Source of the DNA: an uncultured Acidobacteriota bacterium
Lineage (GTDB): Bacteria; Acidobacteriota; UBA6911; RPQK01; JAPXNP01
Assembly: GCA_963777605.1 (NCBI GenBank)
Contig: CAVZRV010000028.1
Location: 1 to 64,000 of the forward strand
Direction: 5' to 3'
DNA: 64,000 nt
Shown: positions 52,434 to 64,000 of the stretch, one piece after another
How the letters are laid out: every line of letters begins with the position of its first letter
Numbering within the stretch: the stretch's first letter is position 1
The notes under the pieces: generated by a model
The model's input: only the letters and a program-made list of their open reading frames with translations
The model's database searches: none
Told to the model about the DNA's origin: nothing
Made by a program: the position numbers and the translations under genes

Positions 52434-53776
52434 GGGACAGACTGTTTCTTGCGCGCTCCCGACCTCCTCTTCTGGCCACTGAGCTCGAAATACAACCACG
52501 AAACAATCGGATTCAAAGAAGAAGAGACGGGCCAAAACCTGGAGGCGTATTGGCCGGTTTGGACGAATCCGGGCAAACGGCTGCCAGAGCCGCTCCGCTT
52601 GGGCCGGCACGTACCCGCACGACCTCATCCCGCGGGCTTCTGCTGCCTCCCTTTTACCACCCTCAACTCCGCGCGTGGCTGCGTTGCTCCCGGACCGAAT
52701 ATAGCGCTCCCCCGAACTGGGCTACCGGATGCCGCCTCCTTCGATAGATCCCCTCCCTGCGCTTCCGCTCAATCAACCGCCTCACCGCCATCTCCACTCC
52801 CAGTGCGATCCCGTCACTGAATACCCGCTCCCGCGTCGACCAACCCGCAGCCTCCTTCCGCTCGTCCTCCCGCCACTTCGCCTCCAGTCGTTCCCGGTAG
52901 CTCTCGTAAGCCCCCTCCGCCGACACCTGTGTGAAAATCTCCTCAATCGGGATTAACTCCTCGCCTCTCCCGTGAAACCGCTGCCAGGCCGAAGACCACC
53001 TCCACTGCTCGGGCCGTTTCACCACGTGCGCCCGCGTCACATTTGTCTCCACATACACCAGGCACCGCTCGAGCCCCGTCCGATCCAGCAGTTCCAGACT
53101 CTTGAACCGGGCTCCCCAGAAATGCCCGCTTCGCCCGTAGGTCCGGTTGTACCATTTGGCATACTCCCCGTTGACGTGTTGCATCAGGGCCGACAGGTCG
53201 AACAGCTTCCGGTTAAACCACTGCCAGTCGGCCGCAGTCCAGCCGGCCGTTTTCGTCCGGGCCTGTTCGCCCCACAACAAGAAGGCCCGGTGCTTCAACT
53301 CCCGGCGCGACAAACGGCGAAAGCACTCCATCCAGAGGATGAGGTGATAGTGCGTGCTCATGAGTTCGAACGCGGCGAGGCGGCAGGAGTAAGCACGGAC
53401 ATAGGCGAAGATCAGGTCCTGCAGCTTCTGGCGGGCAACGGCATCTTTGAAGGGGAAGAAGGACTGGTGGGAAACGACCCGGGTAATGAGGTGATAGAAG
53501 GTGGACTCGGGACTCTTGTGACGGGCTCGTCGCATTGCTTCGACTCCTTTCCGTTTGACGGTGCACAACCGGCGGAGGGCTCCGCCCCCTGTTTCCCATA
53601 ACGTTTGAGTTCGCAAATGTGCGAGTCGAAGCCGTCTTGAGGCCGAACAATCGCTCCCTGCTCGAAGTCGCGAGAATTCATCCGGAGAGTCTTCAAAAGG
53701 AGCAAGCCGGCAGGAGATTCCTTGAGTTCAGGACACTTGCAAACAACAGCCTGAGCCAGAAAAACGAGTCTGTCCC
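52434..53776 (-). mobile_element. RAYT element copy 2 bounded by inverted GGGACAGACT motifs
   Basis: Duplicate of copy 1 over 52560-53777; an extra motif copy lies at 52248. Confidence 0.8.
52663..53535 (-). CDS. REP-associated tyrosine transposase (RAYT), protein identical to copy 1
   Basis: Identical translation in the ORF track. Confidence 0.92.
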   Translation of the reverse strand: MRRARHKSPESTFYHLITRVVSHQSFFPFKDAVARQKLQDLIFAYVRAYSCRLAAFELMSTHYHLILWMECFRRLSRRELKHRAFLLWGEQARTKTAGWTAADWQWFNRKLFDLSALMQHVNGEYAKWYNRTYGRSGHFWGARFKSLELLDRTGLERCLVYVETNVTRAHVVKRPEQWRWSSAWQRFHGRGEELIPIEEIFTQVSAEGAYESYRERLEAKWREDERKEAAGWSTRERVFSDGIALGVEMAVRRLIERKRREGIYRRRRHPVAQFGGALYSVREQRSHARS

Positions 53777-53859
53777 TTTCCGGATCGGATCGAATGGATC
53801 GGATCGGATGGACGAGAGCTCGCGATTAACCAGGTATTGCGACGGATGGCCCCGTCGTC

Positions 53860-54171
53860 GTGAGTGCACTTGACTCTTCGGCACCCCAATGGAAAGCTCG
53901 TGTCAAGGACGGACAGATAACTTTAACCCCAATCAGAGTCGAATGTTACGCGGGCGGAAAGGCGGACGAGTCTCCACGGCGCTTCCGTGTGAAAGGGCAA
54001 TGGGTGGTGGCGGAAGAAGTGATGGACCGCCAACACCAGATGGAGAACCTTCCCGGCTGGCCGCGGGCGGACTATTTCAAGCTCCTCGACGCACGCCGGC
54101 GGGTGTTTCTGGTGAAGCATGACCTGCAGACAGATGAGTGGTTCCTCGTGGAAGCCCCTAAAGATTGTTGA
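53860..54171 (+). CDS. Small conserved hypothetical protein (start uncertain)
   Basis: IRVECYAG.KADESPRRF...DYFK pattern of a small bacterial family. Confidence 0.7.
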   Translation: MSALDSSAPQWKARVKDGQITLTPIRVECYAGGKADESPRRFRVKGQWVVAEEVMDRQHQMENLPGWPRADYFKLLDARRRVFLVKHDLQTDEWFLVEAPKDC

Positions 54172-54704
54172 AAGACCGGATTCATCAATCGCTTCGTCTA
54201 CCAACCGCGGAGCCGGCACATCTTCCATCTTTCAGAAGTTCCCTATTCTTGATTCGTACCCGGCGCTAATAGGTGGCAAGAACATCCACGCGGCGAGTTT
54301 TCCGGTTGGAGTACCGACGTCTCTATGTGTATTTCTGGCGGCTGCTCAGGATCTCGCTCACCGACAACTTGATCCCTAAGTGCCCCGGGATGATCGACAG
54401 GACCAGTGATCCTCGCTATCACAGATTCCACCCATCGGACGGCCGATTTTCCAATCACGTCAGGCATTTGCAACCAGGACTCGATTGTGAAACCCAGTGA
54501 ACCTTGATGGGATCCATTTCAGATCGCGATTTATCCCGTTTCTTGGGCGATTCACCTCTTACGTAAGACGAGCCCCCCCAAACTCCCGCACAGATCTGAT
54601 CCTCTGATCGGGCCAGGTTTGTACTTTTACGAGAGAGGAATGAGATACCTGCTTTTCCGTGAGCGTGAGTTGACACCGACAATCGACAGGTCAAGATATT
54701 CTGA

Positions 54705-55091
54705 ATGGAACAACATTCAGAGAGCCGAGTGCGACTCGTTCACCGAAGGCGGGCAGATGCGAGCAGGGCCCAGAAGCTCGGACCATACCAGATTGAATCG
54801 TTGCTGAGCCCGGAGGAAGAATGGCGGGCGACCGTTTACCGGGTACGCCTGGGTCCCGGTGAGGAGACCCGGTCCAGCTGGCACGAGATTGCCGAGGAGT
54901 TCTACTTCATCCTCGCGGGAACCGGAACAGCAATCCTGGACGGTGAATGCTTTAAGATCGCAGTGGGGGACTTTCTGCGACTGCCTCCCCGAACCCGCCA
55001 CTCCTTCGCTACCGGAGCGGAAGGACTGGAACTCCTGAATTTCCACGTCCCCGGCTGCAGACCGGATCGGGACACCTACTTCGAGGAATGA
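54705..55091 (+). CDS. Cupin domain protein
   Basis: WH..AEEFYFILAGTG...GDFLRLPP.TRH. Confidence 0.85.
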   Translation: MEQHSESRVRLVHRRRADASRAQKLGPYQIESLLSPEEEWRATVYRVRLGPGEETRSSWHEIAEEFYFILAGTGTAILDGECFKIAVGDFLRLPPRTRHSFATGAEGLELLNFHVPGCRPDRDTYFEE

Positions 55092-55249
55092 CGAACAACC
55101 GGAACAACCAGAGCCCTGGAAAAATAGGGGGACAGGCTCGTTGTGCTGAGGTGCTGAGAGAATGGCGGAAATATAGGGAAATTATAGGGGACAGAGTGCT
55201 GCCGAGACGAAACAGTGAACACGAAGCGATGCCAGATGACGGAGGTTCT

Positions 55250-56413
55250 GTGAAGAGTGTCCTGAGTTCAACGGCCTTCGCATTGGTCCTACTAATTGCC
55301 GTAAGCAGTCTCCGACCTGGGATCTTTGTCCCGTCCGTTACTCATGCAGAGCACCTGGCGCCTGAGCCGGTACGTCAAACAGTGGTATACCGCAGTGGGG
55401 AAAATGGATACGACACGTACCGCATACCGGCTCTGACTGTCACTAACCGGGGCACGTTGCTGGCCTTCGCTGAAGGACGCAGGCACAGCCAAAGCGACAC
55501 CGGGGACATTGATTTGCTTCTCAAACGCTCCGAGGATAGCGGGGTAACATGGACGGAGCAACAGGTGGTCTGGGATGATTTCGAAAATGTCTGCGGAAAT
55601 CCTGCCCCGATAGTGGACCGGGACACCGGGACCGTCTGGGTCCTCATGACCTGGAACCGCAGTGAAGACCGTGAGGATCAGATTATCGCCGGAACGAGCG
55701 TGGACACAAGACGCGTTTTTGTGACGTTCTCCGACGACGACGGACACTCCTGGTCTCAGCCGTCGGAGATCACCGATTCGGTCAAGCTTCCGGATTGGAC
55801 TTGGTACGCTACTGGGCCGGGTGCCGGAATCCAGCTTGGACTTGGAAGACATGCAGGCAGGCTGGTGATTCCGTGCGATCACATTGAGAAAGAGTCGAAA
55901 TCCTACTATTCCCACGTTATTTTCTCGGACGATCACGGGCAAAGCTGGCAGCTCGGCGGAAGTTCACCGGAGGACCAGGTCAACGAGTGCCAGGTGGCAG
56001 AACTGAGTAGCGGCCAACTTGTTCTCAATATGAGGAACTATGACCGGACAAAGGCGTGTCGCCAGATCGCGTTCAGCTCCGACGGCGGGAAGACCTGGAC
56101 GGACCAGCAGTTTCAGGATGCACTGGTCGAACCAATTTGCCAGGCTAGCATCCGCAGGGCCGGAGGCAGCCTGCTCTTCTCCAACCCTTCCGATCCCGAG
56201 CACCGAGTAAATCTGACGATCCAGTTGAGCCACGACGACGGCAACTTCTGGGAGGTCCTGTACCGACTGCACCCGGGCCCCAGTGCATACTCGGACCTGG
56301 CCCTGATCTCAGACGACATTGCAGCTTGTCTCTATGAACGGGGCTCTGAAAGTCCTTACGAGGAGATTGCTTTCGCCCGGTTCACGGTCCCTGGCCAGGC
56401 GGAATCGCCATAA
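55250..56413 (+). CDS. Exo-alpha-sialidase (GH33)
   Basis: GTG start after ggagg; YRIP motif; five Asp-boxes (S.D.G..W); NEC; AYS. Confidence 0.92.
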   Translation: MKSVLSSTAFALVLLIAVSSLRPGIFVPSVTHAEHLAPEPVRQTVVYRSGENGYDTYRIPALTVTNRGTLLAFAEGRRHSQSDTGDIDLLLKRSEDSGVTWTEQQVVWDDFENVCGNPAPIVDRDTGTVWVLMTWNRSEDREDQIIAGTSVDTRRVFVTFSDDDGHSWSQPSEITDSVKLPDWTWYATGPGAGIQLGLGRHAGRLVIPCDHIEKESKSYYSHVIFSDDHGQSWQLGGSSPEDQVNECQVAELSSGQLVLNMRNYDRTKACRQIAFSSDGGKTWTDQQFQDALVEPICQASIRRAGGSLLFSNPSDPEHRVNLTIQLSHDDGNFWEVLYRLHPGPSAYSDLALISDDIAACLYERGSESPYEEIAFARFTVPGQAESP

Positions 56414-56659
56414 TTCACCTGATCCATCCAGCCAATCCTTATTCGGGGAAATGTGAAGGGCAATTCCGAACACTTCGGCTCAACTCCCCAAACCAGTCCT
56501 GCCGGGAGGCGGTCGGAGCCATTCCGGTTTCTTCTTGAATTCCAAGAATTCGCTGAAACCCTTGCCACGGCTGGCTTCAGGGAGTCCAGCTCGCTGCTCG
56601 GCTCCTGTCTCTGCGCTCAAAAGAAAAGAATCACCGTCGAGATCAATGCTTCCGATGGT

Positions 56660-56760
56660 TCGCTTAGTCAAGAAGAAAGCCCTCCGATCACGCCTCCGTG
56701 CCAATACACGAGTGTACAGGGCCGTGGTAACCCGCCTCCAAGCGCGCCGGACGGCCGTCA
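56660..56760 (-). pseudogene. Possible degenerate RAYT N-terminal remnant
   Basis: Mixed frames give GRPARLE / ALY.RVLAR.RDRRAFFL, similar to RAYT N-termini. Confidence 0.3.
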
Positions 56761-57008
56761 AATCCTTTCTCGATCTGGCGTTCCGAGGATCAGCTTAGGA
56801 ACTGGTCTTGACTCTTCTTCGGGGCGACTGGCTGCCTGAGCGCGACAGGAATGATTTAGCTGGCAAGCGAGCTGGAACCGGAGGAACGGCATCCCTGGTT
56901 TTGGCCGCCCAGATAGGAACAACGCGTAAGCACGAAGCATACATAAGTCCAAGGACTAAATCGGCGCCTGACCCGGAACTTAATAGCTCAGCCCCCGAGG
57001 AGTAAAGA

Positions 57009-57380
57009 ATGGGAGGCAACCCGGTCATTTGGTTTGAGATCTATGTTCAGGACATGAACCGTGCAAAGAGCTTTTGCGAATCGGTTTTCCAGAAACACCT
57101 CGAACGGCTCGACACACCTGATTTGGAGATGTGGTCGTTCCCGATGAAGACTGGAGAACCGGGAACCGGGGGGGCACTGGTCCAATCCCATGGAGTCTCA
57201 TCCGGGGGTAACAGCACTATCGTTTACTTCCATAGCCCTGATTGTGCAGTCGAGGCTGCCAGAGTGAACAGCGCCGGAGGCCAACTGCACCGTGACAAGA
57301 TGTCAATCGGAAAATACGGCTTCGTGGCGCTCGCCTACGACACGGAGGGGAACATTTTCGGGATCCACTCCATGCAATAG
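57009..57380 (+). CDS. VOC (glyoxalase) family protein
   Basis: RBS gaggag; NPVIWFEIYVQD; DTEGNIFGIHS. Confidence 0.93.
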   Translation: MGGNPVIWFEIYVQDMNRAKSFCESVFQKHLERLDTPDLEMWSFPMKTGEPGTGGALVQSHGVSSGGNSTIVYFHSPDCAVEAARVNSAGGQLHRDKMSIGKYGFVALAYDTEGNIFGIHSMQ

Positions 57381-57420
57381 AGGCGGCCGGTCCGAACCAC
57401 TTGATAGAATGACGATAATC

Positions 57421-57550
57421 AGCCTGTCCCTTTTCCACCTTTTCCACTTGTCGACAGCGAGAATAGGTCTGCATCTTTTCGCTTTTGCCCGGCGGAAACG
57501 AGTCTGCCCTCCTCAGACGACTCAATTCTCCTGGAATATCAGTCTGTCCC
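57421..57550 (-). repeat. GGGACAG-type motif copies
   Basis: atcagcctgtcccttttc (core at 57421), atcagtctgtcccttttc (core at 57541); degenerate copy at 57501. Confidence 0.8.
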
Positions 57551-57740
57551 TTTTCGAGACGTTCGTTCTTGACACGACGCAGCGTTCCCGAGCCTCCGTG
57601 CATCTTCATCCCCGTTTGTCCACTGAATCTCCAATAAATCGAGGAAAACGTAGACTCAACGTCCTAAGCAGTTTAGACTCACAGCGTTTCCTGCGTACCA
57701 ACTCCCCGACAAATTGAGACTTCAACAGAAAGGCAACCGC

Positions 57741-60700
57741 ATGAGGTCCTTGAGAGCTGTTCAAAGCCTGCCCGGTTTCCAACAACTGGTCCATGCCTCC
57801 GCTGGACTCTCGCTTCTGGCATTGACCTTTTCGACGGTTGCTCCTTGCGCATTCGCTGAGACGTCGGGACGATCCAGACCACGGATGGCGACCAACAGAG
57901 ACCACCCGCTCCTTTTCCTTTCAGGGCTGGCGCCAATTGAGTCGATGCCGGGTGCAGTTTCCATGGTGCCGCCCGGATCCCGCGTCGACCGAACTCGTTC
58001 TGTCGCTCCCCGGACTCTTGCCGCAGCCGAATTCAATGGCGATGGCATGCCGGACCTGCTCGTCGGTTACGCTTCCCCGGATGGAGCGTTCGTAACCCTC
58101 TATCCCGGCAACATCGACGCTCTTTTTCCCGCGACTGAGCAGGCTCGAATAAGGGAATTGCGCAGCTCGTCGATCCCCTCGCCTTTTCTGCCCGCCGCCC
58201 GGATGGTACCGATCCCAGTTGACCCGGACTTCCTGGCCACCGGGGACTTCGATGCGGACGGCCACCAGGACTTCGTCGTTGCGAACCGCGCCGAACCCAC
58301 ACTGTACTGGTTCAGAGGAGACAGTCGGGGTGGATTCAGCGAATCGAACGCCTTCGATCTGGAAGGGCTTCCAGACGCACTTCTCGTTTCAGACCTGAAT
58401 CGAAGCGACGGACTGCCCGACATCGCGGTCGCCATCTCCTCCACGAAGTCGGCTGAAATCTGGGTACTGGAAGGTCCTGACGGAGCCTTGCGCTCGACTC
58501 CGGAACGGTTCCTTCTCATGGAGCCAGCCGGCGAACTTTCGGCAGGGAACCTCGACTCGGGATTCCCGCGTCGACCTCGCCGCAGCCTTGCCGGATCGAG
58601 TATTCCTGATCCATGGACGCGACCGGATGCTGTCTGCCGCCCCCGAGGCCCGCAGATCGGTTCAAGCCGCAAGGATCGACGAATACCCCATTCCCGAGGG
58701 GATCCGATCGCTTCTCGCTGGAGAATTCCTGGGTGACCCCCGACAGGAGTTGGCCGTACTGCTCTCGGATTCGACCGTTCGGATCTTTGAATCTTCGGAT
58801 GACGGGTTTCTCATCCCCAGTCGGGATTCGGCTGAATTTGAAGGCCTCCCGGGCGATCGCCTGGTCAAAGGACGGTTCTCGACTCAAGGGCACGAGCAAC
58901 TCCTGACCTGGAGTGCGGACCGGGCGGGAGTCGAAGTGATCCTGCCCGACCAAGAGGCATTTCTCAGCAGAGCATCCGTGGACACCTCCGCGATACCGCT
59001 GCAAGTCCTCCCGATGAGGCTCGACCCGGATGCCTTTTCTGATCTCGTCTTCCTCAGTTCCGACAGCTTGGAGGTCTCCGTCGCGGAAAGCGGTGCCTGC
59101 GCGGCCGGCCCAGCGTTTGTCGTCAACGATCCTGGCATTGAGGCGGATTACTCAAACGACGGCGTCTGCGACGTCGATAACGATCCGTCCAACGGAGAGC
59201 AGTGTACCTTCAGAGGCGCCCTGGCCGAGGGGAGCCGGGGCGGAGAGCCATTCAGCATCAGCTTCGCGACTGCCGGGCCTATCGAGTTTGCCGGAGAAGC
59301 CACGCAGCCGGTCTGCATCGATGGCGAAAGTGGAGTGGAAGGTGAGGGCGGTTTCACCGTATCAGGAGGAAACAGTGTCGTCCGGGGAATTCAGTTTCTT
59401 TCCGGCAGCGGAATCTCGATCCGCGGAGCGAACAATTTTGTCGAAGGAAACCGGCTGGCCGGACGGCGGCATCAACGCATTCAACACTTCGTACGCGACG
59501 ATCGGGGGAGCAACGGATTCGGCCCGAAACGTTGTCGGCTCGGCAGGAATTGCCATTAACTGCACCACGGCCGAAGGGTGCCCGAGCAACCAGATTCTGG
59601 GCAATTTCGTTGGAACGGACGATACCGGGGAGGAGGCCGCCGTACAGTTCGACCCGGGAGCAGGGCGTCCCGGCGTGTTCGTCTACGGCCATGCTCCGGG
59701 CACGATTATCCGGAACAACGTGATCGCCGGATTCAATTTCGACATCTGGGTGAACCGGTCACAGGCTACCCTTATCCAGGGCAATACGATCGGGACCAAT
59801 CGCTCCGGGACCCGGGCCCTCTTCCCCGAGTCGACCTTCGGGGTCAGCCTGACCTGGTCGCAGGACGATCTGGTCGGTGGAACCGGGGCGGACCTCGGCA
59901 ACCTCATCTCTGGACACAACCAGACCACGAACGATCTCCGGAACGAGGCGATCGGAGTCTACATCGGCTTCTCGTCCGGCACAAAGGTCCAGGGCAACAA
60001 GATCGGGACCGATCTTTCCGGGCAGAACGCAATCCCCAACGGGAAGGGCGTCGCGGTGCGTGACCAGGCGGTGCGGACCGACCCGCAAATTGAGCAGAAG
60101 GCGATTCTGATCGGTGGAGAAGGGGAATCCGCAGGCAATCTCCTCTCCGGGAACCTGCGCCATGGGCTCGAGTTGAGCGACCAAATCGGCGACCTCGTAG
60201 ACGGAACCCCCGATGTCCAGATCCTCAACAATTTCATCGGAACAAATTCCGCAGGGACAGCCCAACTCCCCAACGCGAACGACGGCTTGCGAGTCATGGC
60301 GGCGATCCAGGATGTCCAAATCAAGCGGAACACGATCGCCTACAACAGCGGTGCCGGAGTCGGATTCTATAGCTTCGCAAACTCGCCCGGAGTCTCCATC
60401 CTCCAGAATTCGATCCACTCCAATCAGGGTCTGGGAATCGACCTGCCCCGGGCCGGAGTCAACGCGAACGACGACGGTGACTCGGACGGCGGCGCCAATA
60501 ACGGGCAGAACTTCCCGGAGTTGCAGCTTGTAACCGGCAGCGAGATCACCTGGTCGCTCGACAGTCCAGCCGGCACCTACCGAATCGAGTTCTTCTCCAA
60601 CACCGAGTGCGACAGCTCTTCAGTCCCCCCTCACGGGGAAGGTCAGACCTTCATCGGGTTCCAGGAAGAGACCATCACTCCCGGTCAGGTCTTCCAGTTT

Positions 60701-63700
60701 CCCGCCTCGCTGAACCTTGGGGCCGCAATCACGGCCACGGCCACGGCCGTCGTCGATGGGCATCCGACCGACACCTCCGAGTTCTCGGTGTGCAAGGAGC
60801 CGTCTCAGATCGCGATCCCTTCGTGGTGAACTCGCTCGATGACGACGCCGACTCGAACTTGAATGACCAAGTCCTGCTCCACCGGCGGAGAAGTCGAAGA
60901 CGACCTGGGAATCAAGGGGCCGGAGTGCACGCTGCGGGCGGCGATCCAGCAGGCCAACGCCAACTCGGGCAGGGATCGAATCGAGTTCAAGGTCCCGAGC
61001 CGGGAATTCACCGAAGGGATTCTCCTGATCTCGCCGGCCCATGCCCTGCCCCCGATTGTGGATGCCGCGACGATTGACGCCTACTCCCAGATCGGATCAG
61101 GCCAGGGAGCGGGTCGAATCCCGGTCATCGTACTTGACGGCCAGTCGGCTTCCGGTGGCGGCACCGTCAACGGTTTCACGATCACGGGGAGCAATTCGGA
61201 GATATCGGGATTCGCCATCAACGGCTTCAGCGGCTACGGGATTTCGATCAGCGGACCCGGAGGCAACCGCGTTACCGGGAACCTGATCGGCACCGACGCC
61301 GACGGCAAAACCGCAGTCCCCAATCAGGCTGGGGGAATCGAGATCAACAATTCTCCCTCCAATACGATCGGCGGAACCGCGACGCTTTCGGAGCGGCCGC
61401 TTCCTTTCGAGTTGCCCTACTTCGAGTCGAACCTGATCTCCGGAAACACCGCGAGCGGAATCGTGATCGGGGGCCCTGGGGCGATCGAGAACAAGGTACT
61501 CGGCAACCTGATCGGACCGAGTTCAAGTTTCGGCGGCGGGATCGGAAACCGGAGCGGCATTCTGATGTTCGGCAACGCAGCCGGGAACACCGTTGGCCCT
61601 CAGAACACGATCTCAGCGAACTCCAACCACGGCATTCTGATCAACACTGGCTCCCGGGAGAACCAGATCGTAGACAATGCCATAGGCGTCGAAATCGATC
61701 GTTTTGGGAACACGGTTCGACTCGGGAACGGAAAGAATGGTATCCACATCGATAACGCCCGCGCGAATACGATCGGCGGGCTCACGACCGCCGATCGCAA
61801 CCTCATTTCCGGTAATGCCGGCTCCGGCATCGTTCTCGAGAGTGGTGCGACCGAGAACAGAATTCTGGGAAACTTCATCGGGACGGATAGCAGGGGGACC
61901 TTTTCAGAGCCGAATGGGGACCCGGAGAGTTCGAGCCTGGATGTTGGTCACGGCATCCTGGTCGTCAATTCTCCGGCTAACGAAATCGGAGGTCTCGAGG
62001 AAGGCGCCACGAACGTCATCTCCGGTAATCATGGCTATGGGATCGTCATCCGGGGAGCGACGTCGGAGGGGAACCTCGTCCAGGGGAACCACGTGGGTGT
62101 GGATGTCACTGGCACCGCACCTGTGACCTGGACGGATCTCCGGGTGCAAAAGGGGGGCATCCTCATCGGCAGTGAAAATATTGACGTTGATCAGGGGGCT
62201 CCGCGAAACATCATCGGCGGGCATAGATCCGGCGGCCCGGAACCTGCTCTCCGGCAACAAATCCGTCGGGATTTCCATCCGGGGGAAGAGCTCAACCGGA
62301 AACAAAGTGCAGGGAAACTACATCGGAGTGGACGTAACCGGGCGAGCGGCGGTCGTCCTTCCGCTCGGTTCAGAGACCAGCTACTCGCGGCAGTTCGTTG
62401 GACTGGAAGTCTGGGACGCGTCCGGAAATATCATTGGTGGAGGGCCCTTTCCGGAATCCGATTGCGTAAGCCCGTGCAACGTAATCTCCGGTAACGACTT
62501 CATTGGTGTTCAATTCGAGGGATCTACGTCGGGCAACGAGCTATCAGGAAACTTCGTTGGACCTATCGTGGACGGATTTTCCTCACCTCCTGACCCGGGC
62601 GACCACGCTCCCCAGAGAGTCGGCATTGCACTGTACGGGTACGCCTCTAACAAGATCGTCGGGAAGGCGGGCCAAGGAAATCTGATCTCGGGGAACAGGA
62701 ATGAAGGAATCTTCATCAGCAGCGGCGCCGTTTCCAATCGAATTGAAGGCAATCGCGTGGGGACTGACCGGGGTGGCACGGGCGGGATCGGCAATGAAAC
62801 GGCATCAGTATTGAGGCGGTTCCGACAACCGCATCGGAGGTTCACCGTAGCCGACGCAAATACGATTGCCTGGAACCGAATCGGAGTCAATGTCACGAAG
62901 GGCGTTGGCAACTCAATTCGGTTCAACAGCATATTCGGAGAACGAAGATTCCGGGATCCGGCTTGCCGGGGGAAACCAGGGAACGATCCTCCCGAATGTT
63001 CTGTCCGGCGAGTTCCGGGGGACGAGTGTGGGGAACCTTCTTCCGGACCCCTTCCACGGCAGGGGATTCTCGATTTCTACTCCAACCCTCCCTGCCCTGG
63101 GACCGGGGATTGCAGCCGGCAGGGGCGAACTTACGTGGGAAGCCTGCCCTATTCGGCCTGGCGCATCCCGCTTCGATTTTTTCTCCCCGGTTCCGCTGGC
63201 CGCCGGTCAGCAGATCACCGCTACGACGTACAGACGCCGCCAACAGCACTTCCCCGTTTTCGCTTTCGGTGGGAGTCGTGCCGACCAGGACGGCGACGGC
63301 TCCCCGGATTCACTCCCCGGCGAGGGCGAGAACAATCCCCGGCGATTTTCAACCGCGGCGGGGACGTCGGTCATCCACCGATCGCACTGACCTGAACTGG
63401 AGGGAACCCCGATGCGGCCAGTTCGACCTCGCCAACCGGAATTCGCGTCCGGGAGACATCTCCCTCCGGGTCAGCACCGGGACGACCTCCTCTCAGGGAC
63501 TGGCATGTTCAGGCCTCCAGGGACTTTCCCCGGGTGGTTCGGTCACGCTGACCGTCAATCTCGCCGACGGAGTAAAGACGACGACTTGGTACAACTACGG
63601 CCCGACTCCGGACGACCCGACCGAGCACTGGTACGAGTTCCTGTTTGACGGGACGACCGGGGCGGAGTTTCTGGCGGACCGGATCCTGCTCCACTTCGTC

Positions 63701-64000
63701 GACGGCGGGAGGGGCGACCACGACCTGACCGAGAATGGCGTCATCGAGATCTTCGGAGGACCGTCCGCCATCGCCGACCTCTACTTCCCCTTCTTTCAGC
63801 CCGACTCGACCACGTTTGTCGGCGTCGCCGTCTCAAATTTCTCGGAAACCTTGGCGAACCTGAACTTCCGGGCGATGGGGGCGTCCGGGGCCGATCTCGC
63901 ACTGCCCCAGAATCCGGCCTCCCGCCTGCTCGAGCCGGAGACGCAGCTGGCCTCCCTGGCCAGCGAACTCTTCGGGGCTCGCATCCTTTACCAGCCGCTT
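57741..64000 (+). pseudogene. Giant surface protein paralogous to 5327-12067, multiply frameshifted, runs off the window
   Basis: FG-GAP, CTLRAAIQQAN, beta-helix repeats and a choice-of-anchor U-like segment (YGPTPDD...WYEFLFDGTTGAE near 63595) spread over ORFs 57714, 58588, 59030, 60863, 62172 and later fragments. Confidence 0.85.

Noticed and set aside
53780-53812. Short (ggatc)n tract after RAYT copy 2
   Set aside because: Low complexity, absent beside copy 1, no supportable function.
54560-54620. Group II intron domain V-like stretch (agatctgtgcggg on the minus strand)
   Set aside because: No domain V 5' arm and no reverse transcriptase nearby.
15655-57550. Classical integron explanation for the cassette-like mosaic
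   Set aside because: No tyrosine integrase in the window, no attC-like structures noticed, and genes lie in mixed orientations.

Overview
GC-rich bacterial accessory region, probably Acidobacteriota (inferred from a recurring Acidobacteria-type secreted domain and gene style). No rRNA, tRNA or CRISPR array was seen. Intact genes encode periplasmic hydrolases (GH36 alpha-galactosidase, GH33 sialidase, S9 peptidase, YncE/phosphoesterase, amidohydrolases), a Rieske/cytochrome b/nine-heme cytochrome c operon, an APC permease-TrkA fusion, an AEP primase-SF2 helicase-DUF559 nuclease fusion, and two paralogous giant surface proteins (the second frameshifted). Between them lie many gene fragments and mobile elements: IS1182, IS6 and IS91/ISCR-like remnants, a MITE, and two near-identical RAYT (HUH Y1) transposase genes. 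The most striking unexplained signal is a non-hairpin 10-mer, GGGACAG(A/G)CT, found about 22 times. It brackets both RAYT copies as inverted ends, forms empty inverted-repeat elements, and sits at gene-block and truncation junctions. This suggests a RAYT-associated system that moves itself and possibly cargo genes. All calls were made by eye, without database searches.
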